DNA from: Eledone cirrhosa
Lineage: Eukaryota
Assembly: GCA_964016885.1 (NCBI GenBank)
Contig: OZ024741.1
Span: forward strand, 238,762,001 to 238,826,000
Length of the DNA: 64,000 nucleotides
Direction: 5' to 3'
Part shown: positions 13,165 through 29,840 of the stretch, one piece after another
Numbering within the stretch: the first letter of the stretch is position 1
How the letters are laid out: every line of letters begins with the position of its first letter
The notes under the pieces: generated by a model
Databases searched by the model: none
What the model was told of the DNA's origin: nothing
The model's input: the letters and a program-made list of their open reading frames with translations, nothing else
Position numbers and translations under genes: made by a program

Positions 13165-13918
13165 CATAATAAAAAATGGATGCAGCCCATTATGCCGTGT
13201 ATGTAAAAAACAACCAGAGACCATTGACCATATAATTTCAATGTGCAGTCCTATAGCTCCAACCGAATACCTAAACAGGCATGACAGAGCTGCACAATAC
13301 ATACATTGGATAATGTGTAAGCATTTTGACCTGCCCCATCAAAAGAATTGGTGGGAGCATCAACCACCTCCCATACTTGAAAAAGATCACATCTCAATCT
13401 TGTGGAACTTTAGCATTCAAACAGACCGAAAAATAGATACAAATAGACCTGATATAATACTGAAGGACTTTAAAAAGAGGGTATGCCTGCTAATTGATAT
13501 GTCCGTTCCAATAGACAAGAATGTATCTATAAAAACATTTGAAAAATTGAGCAAGTAAAAGGACCTGGAGGTAGAAATTGGAAAAATTGTGGAAATTGAG
13601 AACTAAAACAATACCAGTGGTTGTAGGCGCTCTAGGAATGATACCTAAGGGGTCTAATGATTACTTATCGCAAATCTCAGGAAACCCGCGTATAGGAGAA
13701 ATACAAAAGATAGTACTAATGGGAACTGCCCATATACTAAGGAAGATTCTGTCAATATAAGTACATCACAAGTCTAAACACCTAAAGATGCATGTGTGAG
13801 TATGTATGTTCTTTCTTGAACATGGCGGACCTTGTTGTCTCTTGAGGTCACTGGTTGTGACTTGGTGATAACTCGTATGAACATAAAGCAAGATAAATGC
13901 AGCTGTAATAATAATAAT
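13165..13918 (+). mobile_element. R4/Dong-type LINE 3' fragment (CCHC and RLE) with (TAA)n tail
   Basis: CRVC..PETIDHIISMC, RHD, NRPDII..IDMSVP, IPVVVGALG; stop and frameshift near 13558. Confidence 0.85.
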
Positions 13919-14313
13919 GTCCGTTTACAATTGTTTCGCTACTCCATTTAATGTTTCCGGATCAAATGATTATAGATCATTATTGATCTGGTTCAGATGA
14001 AGATAATTAACTTAGGTAAAAATGGAGCAGTTCTTCAGAACTTCAAAAGAGATAATGAAAATATTGATAAAGGTACGGTGGAATAAGGAATATAAAGTAA
14101 GGTAAACAAATGTGCGGTCTTGTTTTGCTTAACTAATAAATATTTCCAGCTCTGTGCACCTTATCTCTGCATGAACCCAGCCATCTAGCTGCCTTCCACT
14201 GCATATTGCACATTGAGCACATGCCTTTACGCTTTTAGCTTCTAACAAATTCACCAATCTCTCTTCTCCTCTCCTATCTCCATCTCTCTCTTTAAGATTG
14301 GTTTACTCTTGAA

Positions 14314-14350
<37 letters not shown>

Positions 14351-14376
14351 TATATATACATATATATATATATATA

Positions 14377-14603
14377 GTAATAATAATAAATTTGAAGACT
14401 AAAATCCAAAGAGGGCTCGATAAGGATAAATATGTATCAAATATATAAGAACCGTAGAGCAAATATTTATTAAAATAACAGATTAAAGTTTAAGCAAAGA
14501 ATCGCTGCTTTCACCCTTAACGGGATCTTCTGAAACTAACAAAGTCAATCTGTAAACGCAGAAGTGGGTATTTCAAAAAACGTTGCAACCGGAGGAAGAC
14601 AGG
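14377..14603 (-). mobile_element. PLE pseudo-LTR fragment of the 40023-42742 family, with hammerhead-like motif at 14487-14537
   Basis: Near-identical to 40023-40250. Confidence 0.75.
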
Positions 14604-15311
14604 AAAGGAACGTAAACGAACTAAGGGAGAAATTAGGAATAAGAGGGATCAGATGCTGTTTACTTGAGATAAGACTACGTTGGTATGGTCACGTGATGCG
14701 CATGAAAGACAACAGCTGTATAAAAAGTGCAGGGCGATCAAAATTGATGGAAGTTACGGAATAGGTAGACCCAGAAAAACCAGGGACGATTTGATAAATT
14801 ACAACCTTACACACTTGCATCTCTCCAAGACAATGTCACTCGACTGAGATCTTTGGCACCACGCAGTAATACAGAAGACCCGCCTTGCCTATGTACAAAG
14901 CGAAACATACAGTTAGTAGGCACCTCTTAACCAAATATACACCACAATCCACTACGCCTACCCTATCCTCCCACTCCCACTAATACCACCCTTACTCTGT
15001 AAAGTTGGTACCACAACATCCAGTCCAAATAAATGAGATAAATGAGATCGAGATCGTGTAGGTGTCACGACAAAAAAAAACACACAGTCCACGCTGTAAT
15101 GTGTCCTTGTAGGAGACACGGTAAAAAGTTCCCAGTTCCACACTGTAAATGTAGTTGGTGTTAGGAAGGGCATCTAGCCATAGAAAACCTGCCAGATAGT
15201 CCTATACGAGCGAGACACGGTCACCCGATCAATCTTGCCTTAAATTGGGACAACTCCCGTCTAACCCATGCTATCGTGAAAGATAGACGTTAAATGATGA
15301 TGATGATGATG

Positions 15312-15313
<2 letters not shown>
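14604..15313 (+). mobile_element. RTE-clade LINE 3' fragment with (TGA)n tail
   Basis: RLRWYGHVMR and GRPRK motifs; homologous to 53093-53400 and 55882-56195. Confidence 0.8.
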
Positions 15314-15390
<77 letters not shown>

Positions 15391-15393
<3 letters not shown>

Positions 15394-16727
15394 TTGCGAG
15401 GTTTTTGATATGAAATCGTGTGTCGAAACAAATATTGTTATACTTGGGGAGGGTCATATTTGTGTAATATTGCCAGAATTAATAACAGAACACACTCACT
15501 GTTTGGTTGGTTTTCGCTTCTGTGTCTTTTATATCGGTTAATTTAATTTATTCGGTCCTCAATGTTGCCATTGACTGACCAACGGTCAAAAATACAGATG
15601 CAATATAGACACAAACACATATATATAGTCTATCAAAGTTCTTTCGTTGCATATCTGCAACGTCGTCAGTGGTGCTATGGTTTCCTCCCGTTGCATTGTA
15701 TTTTCTACGCCATCTTTATTTAGTCTGTTTATATATTTATTTATTTGTTTATTTATTTTTTTTTTGTCTTCTTTGCGCATGCGTTTGCGTGTGTGTATAG
15801 TGTTTTGTTTGATGTGTGTTCGTGATTGGGTGACTGTGTATTGGTTAATGTATTCTATATTTACTAGTGTGTGTTTATATGTGTTTGTTGTTATTGTGCT
15901 TGTGTATGTAATCATTTATTTATCTATTTATTTATACTTCTCTTAGGTCAGTGTTGTTTGTTTGGGTGTTGTTGTTATTCCATTCCTTTTTTCTGTTTAG
16001 CCTTGGCCTTCTAAGTTCTATTTCAGTACTATACGAACGTGCCAGACAAGAACACGACGGTAACATAGACAACATAGAAATTAGAAAAAAATCTAAACAT
16101 AGAAATGACCCAGCAGATAGGCAAATCAGAGAGGCCAGTGAAATAGAACTTAGAAGGCCAAGACTAAACAGAAAGAATGAATGGAATAACAACACCACCC
16201 AAACAAACAACACTGACCTAAGAGAAGTATAAATAAATAAATAAATAGATAAATAAATAAATACATACACAAGCACAATAATAACAAACACATATAAACA
16301 CACACTAGTAAAGATAGAATACATTAACCAATACACAGTCACCCAATCACGAACACACATCAAACAAAACACTATACACACACGCAAACGCATGCGCAAA
16401 GAAGACAAACAAAAATAAATAAACAAATAAATATATAAACAGACTAAATAAAGATGGCGTAGAAAATACAATGCAACGGGAGGAAACAATAGCACCACTG
16501 ACGACGTTGCAGATGTGCAACGAAAGAACTTTGATAGACTATATATATGTGTTTGTGTCTATATTGTATCTGTATTTTTGACCGTTGGTCAGTCAATGGC
16601 AACATTGAGGACCGAATAAATTAGATTAACCGATATAAAAGACACAGAAGCGAAAACCAACCGAACAGTGAGTGTGTTCTGTTATTAATTCTGGCAATAT
16701 TACACAAATATGACCCTCTCCAAGTAT

Positions 16728-16735
<8 letters not shown>
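15391..16735. mobile_element. Fold-back PLE derivative with arms at about 15435-16025 and 16135-16732 and a GIY-YIG C-terminal remnant in the centre
   Basis: Arms are reverse complements. The centre encodes RQIREASEIELRRPRLNRK. A 45-bp extension lies on the left; (TA)n on both sides. Confidence 0.85.
16493..16537 (+). ncRNA. Minimal hammerhead ribozyme motif (mirror copy at about 15631-15676, minus strand)
   Basis: CTGACGA-C-GTTGCA-GATG-TGCAAC-GAA-AGAACT-T. Confidence 0.65.
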
Positions 16736-17900
<1,165 letters not shown>

Positions 17901-18750
17901 TGATACCCTAAGCATAAACAAATGGTTCTACATTCTTGTAAACAGAACAGTTATAGAGATATATTGTATTTTCATTTATGAAAACAAAAATGTTTGCTGA
18001 CATATTTTCAAATAGCATTTACCATCAACATGGAAGATTGAATTTTATGATAGAATGATCCCCCACTTTGACATATGCCATCTATGCTATTTGAAAACTA
18101 AAAACTTATAATTGTTTATGTTAATTAATTATTTAATTTGTTAGTCATCTTTGTCAACTTAATATTATTATCCTAGTTCCCCTTTTTTCAGACTACCTGT
18201 CTATATCAAAATTCATTCTCATTTGATACAAATTTTTATCCACATTATTCCTTTATTAATAGCAAAGTTAGTTTATACATTCATTTTAATGCTTTATATA
18301 TGGAGCATTAAAGGCAACTAACATTATTTCTATTCTAACAAGTGAACAAAGTTATACTTTAATAACATAAATCAATCTTTCCAAGTAACAAACTTTTAAA
18401 TCTAGTTATTTTGTAGTAATTATAATAAAACAGAACCTAATAAAATCTGGTGTATATTTTTGCCCACCTTAAAAAATATACATACATGAGATTATGACTA
18501 CATTCTAAAACCAAATAAAAATGGATTGAACAGGGTTGGGTAAATTTCAATACGACAGATTTAAATTTAAATATATTTCTAAAAAGAATTTATGTATATA
18601 AATATAATAATAAGGATACTATTTATAGTTATGTATATACTATAAACAACTATAAACAGGAAAGGTCAGTAATTTATTACTACCTTATTACCAGTAAGAG
18701 AAATAGCTCAATGTAAGAATATCAGGTGTTTTACAGAGCAGGAATATAAA

Positions 18751-20625
18751 TTACACAATTATCAAAGTTATGTTCAAATCATTTTACTGCTGACAATCGT
18801 TTCTTCCAAACTTTCGTTTGGAATCATCGGAGTATTAGCAATGTTTGTACATATAATTAACCTCCTATTCAACTGAACAATCATATAGATACATATATAT
18901 TGATGTTGTGAACAACAGTTTCGTATTTACAGGGTGGAATGGATGCAACATATATTATACGAGAATTGTACAATAATTCAAATTCAAATTAAAATCACAG
19001 AGTGGAATACATGCAACAGATAATAACCTCTGTCTTCTAGAAACCCGTACTATAATCTTTTCGAAACTAGACCTCCTAAATAGAAAATCAGAGGTATTTC
19101 CCTCATGCCAGCACCACTACCGACACTCGTTCTATAACTTTAAACCTAGCTGATAGTATATAACAATGTCAGATTTGAATTCCTCACCACAGCATCACAC
19201 TCTTTGATCAGCTCTTTCCTCTACATAACTCCTATTTATCTCAAACCTTATACTCTACAATAACTATTAGAAATAAACATAAAGTTACCACCTTTTAATA
19301 TAACTACTATAGCTTACTTATATTATATACAGTAATGGATATATAATATGTAGAGACATTTAATGTAATATGTGATAATAAATTATATATACATTTATAA
19401 TTAAATATATAAATTAATAGCATTGTATATAAGAGATTAACTTTTAACATAATATAATTGTTTCTACGTTTGGCATAAGGCCAGCAATTAACCAGTGCAT
19501 TACTGGTACTTTATTTTATCGACCCCGTAAGGATGAAAGGCAAAGTTAACCTCGGCGGGATTTTAACATAATATAATGTATATTAATAACACAAGAGATT
19601 TAACTAATTGGACCTGTAAACAGCTATACATTTTTCCATAACTTATATCTTGTCCAGTAATGGATAGATAACAATGTAATGAGACCTTTAATGTTTTATA
19701 GGAAAATAGACTGTATTTAAAATTAAATATAAATAAATAACATTATATAGAAGTGATTCACTTGTAACACAATATAATGTATATTAGAGCAAGGAATTTA
19801 AATAATTGATACATTCCTATATAATTTAATTTAATTTAATTAGCTAGTTACCTCCCCTTACGCATTAGCTCCCCTTAATTTTGGATCCCATACACACTTC
19901 CGGAAATTAAACCGTTAGAAAAACTCACTGTAGAACAACTCTAATACACGGATAAGAATACAATAAGACCAATTTACAATCCATTGCTGTAACTAACTAA
20001 AAACATTCAATATAAACATTAACTAAAATATAATTTAACATATGTAATGGAAAAGATAACAATAACTTTGATACTCTCAACGCATACACATTTGAACACT
20101 ACAGAAACAATCATCACATTACATCCACCATAAATTTTAATACATTAACACCTTTGCTTTATATGCTTGTATACCTGTGTTATTTTATGTGATACCTTTA
20201 CCATACAGTATTTATTTATGCCTAATACCTTTGCTTGTTTCCTTCATATATATATGACTAACGCATGTGCACTCTCTACACGCTTGCATATGTACTGCTA
20301 GTGTCCTCATTATTCCTCAATGCCTCTTTAATTATTAGACTATTCCCTTGTATTATCTGTCGCATGTTTTCCACTCTGTGATTTTAATTTTAATTTTAAT
20401 TATTGTACAATTCTCGTATAATATATGTCGCATCCATTCCACCCTGTAAATACGAAACTGTTGTTCACAACAACAATATATATGTATCTATATGATTGTT
20501 AAGTTGAATAGGAGGTTAATTATATGTACAAACATTGCTAATGCTCCGATGATTCCAAACGAAAGTTTGGAAGAAACGATTGTCAGCAATAAAATGATTT
20601 GAACATAACTTTGATAATTGTATAA
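18751..20625 (+). mobile_element. 5'-truncated PLE with inverted pseudo-LTRs (about 18751-19026 and 20350-20625)
   Basis: The arms are inverted. 19025-19153 encodes NLCLLETRTIIFSKLDLLNRKSEVFPSCQHHYRHSF (PLE GIY-YIG C-terminus). A SINE fragment sits at about 19458-19565. Confidence 0.85.
20542..20588 (+). ncRNA. Hammerhead ribozyme motif, U4C variant (mirror copy 18788-18834, minus strand)
   Basis: TGCT-CCGATGA-TTCCAAAC-GAAA-GTTTGGAA-GAA-AC-GATT-GT-C-AGCA; GUC cleavage triplet. Confidence 0.75.
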
Positions 20626-21055
20626 TTTGTATATAAATATATATATTATTTATATGTTTATTCAATATACTTGTAAAGAAGTGTATATCAAGTGTGTTTG
20701 AATAAATATTGAAGTTATTGTTTAGCTTTAGATCCATGACTATCCTATTTTCTGATTTAGCTGTCATTTATATCAGGTAGAGTGACCACATAGAGACTCC
20801 TCTGCAGGTACAGTTAAATAAATGTAGTTCTACAGTGAAGGAAAATATATTGTTTAAGAAACAAAACATCAAAACAATAGATTTATAAAGAATTCAATAT
20901 ATTTCTGTTTAGAAACTTTAATTCTCCAACATAATTACCAAAAATGTTTGGGTTTCTTATGGAAGGAGGTTAAAGATAATAAAATTGACTTCATTAAAAT
21001 ATATAGGACCAAAATGTTAAAATTTTGACAGCTTTTCTTTTCATATAAAGCTTAA

Positions 21056-21255
21056 CCCTTTAACATTCACATTACTCTATATATACTATTATATTTTCAT
21101 GGTAAAGGCTTTACCTCGCATAATTATCTCACATAATATTGAATCTATGAGATTTTTAAAGTATTTATTTTGAGAACAATACCTTAACATCAGTTTGAGT
21201 GACCAGTTTCAAAAGAAAAAGGTAGAGAATTCTGGCCGGTTTGAACATTAAAGGG
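21056..21255. mobile_element. piggyBac-type MITE
   Basis: TTAA|CCCTTTAACATTCA ... TGAACATTAAAGGG|TTAA: terminal inverted repeats with TTAA target duplication. Confidence 0.75.
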
Positions 21256-21327
21256 TTAAATTGGTTTAATTATTTGAATGAAGAAAGCTTTTCGTGACCA
21301 ATTATCATAATAATTGTTATAATAATT

Positions 21328-21540
21328 ATCTATATATCTAAAACAGAGAATGTCTGTCTGTCTGACTCCCTAAAACTCGAGAACCACCCAACCGATTATT
21401 TTCAAACTTTACACATGTAATACTTATGGTCCTGTGAGTGTTTTGAGCAAAAAAATGTTCAATGCCCTAGGGGCTACATTAGGCGATTTAGCGATCCCTC
21501 TCTATAATTCTTAGTCTTTCTTTTTAGATAGATACATAAA
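21328..21540 (+). mobile_element. Helitron-like 5' end
   Basis: A|TCTATATATCTAAAA..gtctgtctgtctg..ccgattattttcaaacttt resembles the ends at 10643 and about 50698. Confidence 0.45.
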
Positions 21541-21779
21541 TATAATATCTGTCTGTATGTCTGGGTGTCTGCATTACGACATTATGACGTCGCTATGTGT
21601 GTGTGTATATATGTATATATAGTGTGTGCGTATATATATATAGTGTGTTACGTTTTTCGAAATATTTACTTCTGCGTTCACAGATTGAATTTTTTTAGTT
21701 TCAGAAGATCCCGTTAAAGTGAAAGCACCGATTCTTTGCTTAAACTCTAATCTGTTATTTTAATATATATATATATATA

Positions 21780-23150
21780 AGAATTAAAAAACACACTTAT
21801 CAGCAGAAACTACCCACCATCCCTAATCACCAATGGATTCCAACGTGCCCTAAAACTAGACATCCAGGAACTCAGACACCCCAAACACAGGAATGAACCG
21901 CAACAAAAAACTCTACCATACATCTCCACACACAACCCCCTCAACAATGAGGCATTCGACACCATTCTCCAGAACATTCCTTTACTAAAAAGAGACCCAA
22001 GAATGAACAAAATCCTCCAAACACACAATATCATAAAGAGCAAAAGACAACCTAAATCCATAAAAAACATCCTCACACAAGCCAAAATCCAACAAACCCT
22101 CACAATGAACCCTACAGTAACAAAATGCGGAAGGCCCAACTGTGAAAGGTTCAACATTCCATTTTAAACAAGGACAGCGTTTCACAGTTAAACACAGCTT
22201 TACATGTGCATCTGAAAACCTAATCTATGTTTTGACCTGCTCAGGTTGTCAAGAGCACTACATAGGACAGACAAAAAACAGCATCCGTCAACGTATGACC
22301 GTTCATAAATCACAAATTAAAATACAAGAATACAGAAAGATTGCATTTAGTGAACATATCGCCAATTGTGCTCAAAACCAACATCCAAACTTTAAAATGT
22401 TCCCCATTTACAAATTCATAGACAACGCTACTTTCATCCAACGTACCAATAAGGAAACATATTTCATTAACGAATTCCAACCCCTACTTAATGCTCTAAA
22501 AATCGGACCAATCTAAAACTGCAACAAACAATCAAACATTTACAAGAGTTACCTCCCTCACACTCTACCTAATCCTTTTTCTTAAATAAATTAAATATCA
22601 TCCAGCAAGAATTGCTTCCCCCTGCATATTAACTTTCTAAAAAGGGAAATCATATCAAACCTCAGTCCACCATTTGCCTCCATCATGGAATCATGGATCA
22701 ACTAAGCACTTTTGCTATATTAACACATTTTGATCTGCTTAACTTCAATAACTATGCCTGTAAATAACATTATTTTTTCTTCCCCTTTGACTTTTTATGC
22801 TCTACATTATGCACGTTTTTTTTCCTTTTTCTTTTTTCTTTTCACTTCATAAACCTTGTTTGTAAATAACATTATTCTTTTTGCACCTTCTGTTTAACAT
22901 GTGCGACACCACACTAATACATTTCACTATCATTTGATAATGCATAAAAATGCTGAAACCGGTAATAGACAATTATTAAATATATTAATATATGCCATTG
23001 TTAAATAATAAATAAATCAACTAATACCTTAACACTTCACACAAAGTAAAACATTTCGTTTTAATCATTTTCTAACCCAGAAAAGAGAGAGAGAGAAACA
23101 AAAAAGGAGAAAAATATATTTTTCTTCCTAATAATCGTCTCTTTCTCCCT
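21780..23150 (+). mobile_element. PLE 3' fragment (RT thumb/linker and GIY-YIG), frameshifted
   Basis: ORF 22142-22516 has FTCASENLIYVLTCSGCQEHYIGQT..RQRMTVHKS..ETYFINEFQPLLN. A decayed hammerhead (TTGATAA..GAA-ACCGGT-A) lies at about 22930-22970. Confidence 0.85.
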
Positions 23151-23152
23151 GT

Positions 23153-23206
<54 letters not shown>

Positions 23207-23209
<3 letters not shown>

Positions 23210-23702
23210 GTTTATGTTGGTTGTATACCAACACCTCAGTATGCAGGCTGGGGCACTCGACGAAGTGTGCAGGTTGGTTTGGTTACTCCGGAGTAGTGTA
23301 AAATAAAGTTAAATAAAAAGTCAAATGAATAAAATTTAGCTTCGTTTATTACTGCTATATATATTTCAGTGACAGCCATCTTTGGCTGTGACCTCTTCAG
23401 GCAGTTTGAATTATTATGGTATAGACAAGTACATATGTTGTTGAGGTGTATAATATTGTCAATACTCTGATATGCCCAGTTCCTGGTTGGGTTGTTATTT
23501 CACTAACAACCCAACCAGGAACTGGGCATATCAGAGTATTGACAATATTATACACCTCAACAACATATGTACTTGTCTATACCATAATAATTCAAACTAC
23601 CTGAATAGGTCACAGCCAAAGATGGCTGTCACTGAAATATATATAGCAGTAATAAACGAAGCTAAATTTTAATCATTTGACTTTTTATTTAACTTTATTT
23701 TA
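23207..23702. mobile_element. Non-coding palindromic element, arms about 23299-23496 and 23503-23702
   Basis: Near-perfect inverted repeat with an extension of about 90 bp on the left; (TA)n on both sides. Confidence 0.85.
23351..23405 (-). ncRNA. Hammerhead ribozyme motif (mirror copy 23596-23650 has G8>T)
   Basis: Reverse complement reads ACTGC-CTGAAGA-GGTCACAGCC-AAAGAT-GGCTGTCACT-GAA-ATATATAT-A-GCAGT. Confidence 0.8.
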
Positions 23703-23881
23703 TATATATATATATATATATATAATTATATATTCGTGTACGGATATTTTTGCATACACAATAACAAAATATAAACAAACGTATTTATTTCACGAGGCTC
23801 GATAAGGATAAATATATAAGAACCCTAGAGCAAAGCCAGGACATTCTGCTGTTTAAGCCAAAATGTCCGTTAGAGAAACTA

Positions 23882-25005
<1,124 letters not shown>

Positions 25006-25277
25006 GTAGCAACAATTTATAAAAGAATTATAAATATATTTTGTTTCAATAATGTCCCAATTAGCATATTTATTTGAAATGGCAGAATAAGTTATGGCTT
25101 TAAAATTTGTATTAATGTATAGTAGAACTGTGAAATAGATTTAAAATGAAAATAGTGAGAACTACAAAGAGAAGTTTATATATATATGTATATATATGTA
25201 AATGTATATATATGTAAATATATATATATATATGTGTGTGTGTATGTATATATAAGTAAATGTGTATATATATACAT

Positions 25278-26054
25278 ACTTAAATATAAGTATGTATACG
25301 TACATACATATATGTATACAGACGTACAGTTGTATGTATATACATACATATATATATATATGTACGTATGGGTTTACCGAACATTTATTATAATGCTCGG
25401 TTTGTTTGTAAACAAACAGCCCGAATTATTAGCCGTACAGTGTTCGGCAACCATCGTTGCCATTTTGATCAACACTGACAAAGGAATGATGAACTAGTTT
25501 CTAGCTTATTAGCTGTGATCAGCACCGTATACCTTCCTGTCAGTTGATTGAACGTTTGGAAGTATATACTTTCTTTATGTATATTAACGGCTGAGCAGCC
25601 CAATTTGCATATCGAGGGAATTAGTCGGCCGGGCGTACCGAAAACGATAAATGGAAAAAATGAAATTTCATTTCTCACTCTTAGTACGGCTGATACTTAA
25701 ATATAAGTATTTATACGTACATACATATATGTATAGTATACAGACGTACAGTAGTATGTATATACATACATGCACACATATATATATGTACGTATGGGTT
25801 TACCGAACATTTATTATAACGCTCGTTCCTTTGTCAGTGTTGAACAAAAGGGCAACGATGGTTACCGAACACTGTATGGCTAATAATTTGGGCTGTTTGT
25901 TTACAAACAAACCGAACATTATAATAAATGTTCGGTAAACCCATACGTACATATATATATATATATAAATATGTGCATGTATGTATATACATACTACTGT
26001 ACGTCTGTATTCATATATGTATGTACGTATACATATATGTATGTACGTATACAT

Positions 26055-26058
<4 letters not shown>
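25278..26058. mobile_element. Tandem and inverted copies of a hammerhead-bearing repeat family (also at 31560-31895 and 36125-36715)
   Basis: The block gtacgtatgggtttaccgaacatttattataa recurs in both orientations. Confidence 0.75.
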
Positions 26059-26141
<83 letters not shown>

Positions 26142-26364
26142 GTTACGGGCGAAAGAGGGTAATATCCATCGTCACTTGTCTGCTAGGATTCATGGGTATT
26201 TCTTCGCGTTAGAGACAATATACCTCAGCCTAGGGCGAACAATAACTAAAGTATGTTATTGGGATAAAAAAGGGGGAGAGAGAAAAAATGTAAACAGACA
26301 CGAAGGGTGAAGCAACGTATATATATATATATATATATATTATTCATATATACATATATATATA

Positions 26365-26685
26365 TTTCGTTTCTGAATTTGTTTAGCAAGATTCTTTATC
26401 TGAAATCGTGTGTTGAAACCGATATTGTTATACTTTGGGAGGGTCATGTTGCCAATAAGAAAAAAGAAAGGAATCCCCAGTCACTGAAGAGGTCACAGAG
26501 TGTGTGACGAAAGAACTATGACAATATATAAACAACTATCTGGTTGTGGAACCAACCAACCAACCAGAAATTTATAAATTTATAAATTTATTATAAATTT
26601 ATTATAAATTTATTATAATAATAAATTGAAGTGAAAGCAACTGGTGCGTGTGTTTCTTATTGGCAACATGACCCTCCCAAAGTAT

Positions 26686-26692
<7 letters not shown>
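26365..26692. mobile_element. Short fold-back element of the 27980-28597 family, hammerhead at 26479-26522 (+)
   Basis: Termini tgttatactttgggagggtcatgttgcc are inverted; 60-bp extension on the left; (TA)n flanks. Confidence 0.8.
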
Positions 26693-26765
<73 letters not shown>

Positions 26766-26770
<5 letters not shown>

Positions 26771-27084
26771 GGTATGGGTATTCCAACAGGCACTAGGTAC
26801 CTATAGAAATATGCAAGGTGTTTATAATATTTGTGGTTCGATGGTACTAATTTGAGATACCAGAACTATAAAAATGAGCGGAGCAAGCAATTATCAAGCA
26901 ATCTTTTAAATAAATTAAAAAACGATTTAAATATTCACCTGTTCTATTGCTGTTACCGACGGTTTCACCAATCCAAAGATTGGAAATCAAGAGAATTTCC
27001 AATGGAAAGAATTAGATCTTTAGGCAGATTATTTCCATACCATAAGGGTGCAAAAAGATTGTTTGATAATTGCTTGCTCCGCTC

Positions 27085-27088
<4 letters not shown>
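26766..27088 (-). mobile_element. Probable PLE terminus with a short inverted repeat and a decayed hammerhead (about 26950-27027)
   Basis: Reverse complement reads CTAAAGA..long stem II..GAA-ACCGTCGGT-A. 26872-26899 is inverted at 27061-27088. Confidence 0.5.
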
Positions 27089-27118
<30 letters not shown>

Positions 27119-27119
27119 T

Positions 27120-27236
<117 letters not shown>

Positions 27237-27311
27237 ATCTATGTATATATACGTATGTAAATGTATATATATATATATGTATATATATATGTAAATGTAT
27301 ATATATATATA

Positions 27312-27805
27312 TCATCATCATCATCACCGTTTAACGTCTATCTTCCACGCTAGCATGGGTTTAGACGGGAGTTGTCCCACTTGAGGCAAGATTGGTCGTC
27401 TCGCTCGTATGGAACTGTCTGGCAGGTTTTCTATGGCTGGATGCCCTTCCTAACACCAACCACGTTTACAGTGTGGACTGGGAGGTTTTTACCCTGTTAC
27501 TTACATGGCCACATTAAGAACATGGACTGTGTGTTTTTTTTGTTGTGACACCTACACGATCCCGTTTATTTAGGACTGGATGTTGTGGTACCAACATAAC
27601 TTTACAGAGAGTGTTGGTGGGGATATATATTTATATTGTAAATGTGGTTGGTGTTAGGAAGGGCATCCAGCTGTAAAAAACCTGAGTGAGACACTTCCGT
27701 ATGAGCGAGACATGATCTCCCGACCATTCCAGCATCAAATAGAACAAAACCATCTAACCCATGCTAGCATGGAAGATGGACGTTAAACGATGATGAGGAT
27801 GATGA
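27312..27805. mobile_element. Two RTE/SINE 3'-UTR fragments in opposite orientation
   Basis: (CAT)n and (TGA)n tails; the ggaagggcatccagc motif occurs in both orientations. Confidence 0.65.
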
Positions 27806-27902
27806 TATATATATATATATACACACACACACATACACACATTTATATATATTTATCCTTATCGAGCCCTCTTTGGATTTTAGTCTTCAAATTTATTATT
27901 AT

Positions 27903-27979
<77 letters not shown>

Positions 27980-27984
<5 letters not shown>

Positions 27985-28597
27985 ATACTTTGGGAGGGTC
28001 ATGTTGCCAATAAGAAACACACGCACCAGTTGTTTTCACTTCAATTTATTATATATTTATAAATTTATAAATTTACAAATCTACAAACTTATAAATTTCT
28101 GGTTGGTTGGTTGGTTCCACAACCAGATAGTTGTTTATATATATAGTCATAGTCCTTTCGTCACACACTCTGTGACCTCTTCAGTGGCTGAGGATTCCTT
28201 TCTTCGTTTCTGTGCCCTTCCTTTCTTCTATCCTACGCCATTTTGTTTCTGTGTGTGTGTTCAAAACAAAACAAAATGGCGTAGGATAGAAGAAAGGAAA
28301 GGCACAGAAACGAAGAGAGGAATCCCCAGTCACTGAAGAGGTCACAGAGTGTGTGACGAAAGGACTATGACTATATATATAAACAACTATCTGGTTGTGG
28401 AACCAACCAACCAACCAGAAATTTATAAGTTTGTAGATTTGTAAATTTATAAATTTATAAATATATAATAAATTGAAGTGAAAGCAACTGGTGCGTGTGT
28501 TTCTTATTGGCAACATGACCCTCCCAAAGTATAACAATATCGGTTTCAACACACGATTTCAGATAAAGAATCTTGCTAAACAAATTCAGAAACGAAA
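27980..28597. mobile_element. Non-coding palindromic element, arms about 27980-28247 and 28268-28537
   Basis: Near-perfect inverted repeat with a 60-bp extension on the right; (TA)n on both sides. Confidence 0.88.
28328..28372 (+). ncRNA. Minimal hammerhead ribozyme motif (mirror copy 28145-28189, minus strand)
   Basis: AGTCA-CTGAAGA-G-GTCAC-AGAGTGT-GTGAC-GAA-AGGACT-A-TGACT. Confidence 0.78.
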
Positions 28598-28830
28598 TAT
28601 ATATATATATATATATATTAGAAAGTGAGGTTTTTTTTACAAAATGAAAAATAACCGAGGTGTCCTACACGAGTGAAAGTATAAAGAAAAAGAGATGAAA
28701 TCGAAAATGCAACTGGAGTCTTATTTAAGAAAAAAATATATATATATTTATTTAGTTCCTTTACCGGTTTCGCAGTTCTTCTGCTTTTCAAAAGGTGAGT
28801 TGAGATGGAGTGTCTGTGGTTTTTCTCACA

Positions 28831-29552
<722 letters not shown>

Positions 29553-29728
29553 TCACACACACACACATATATATATATGTATGTATATATATATATAATT
29601 GGTGTTGGATGCTTAAAGCGTCCATATGCGGTAGGCCGTATGAGCACTCGATCACCATATCGATCGTGCCTTGAGCTGTCCAATAAATTCCTTTCGTCGC
29701 AACACTGATTCTCTTTTTTCTGTGATAC

Positions 29729-29819
<91 letters not shown>

Positions 29820-29840
29820 CATATATAAATATAAATATAT

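Noticed and set aside
26395-26435. Second hammerhead in the tail (CTGAAAT..GAAAC..GTTATA)
   Set aside because: G8/A9 and stem II are missing, and the related copy at about 15408 differs in the core.
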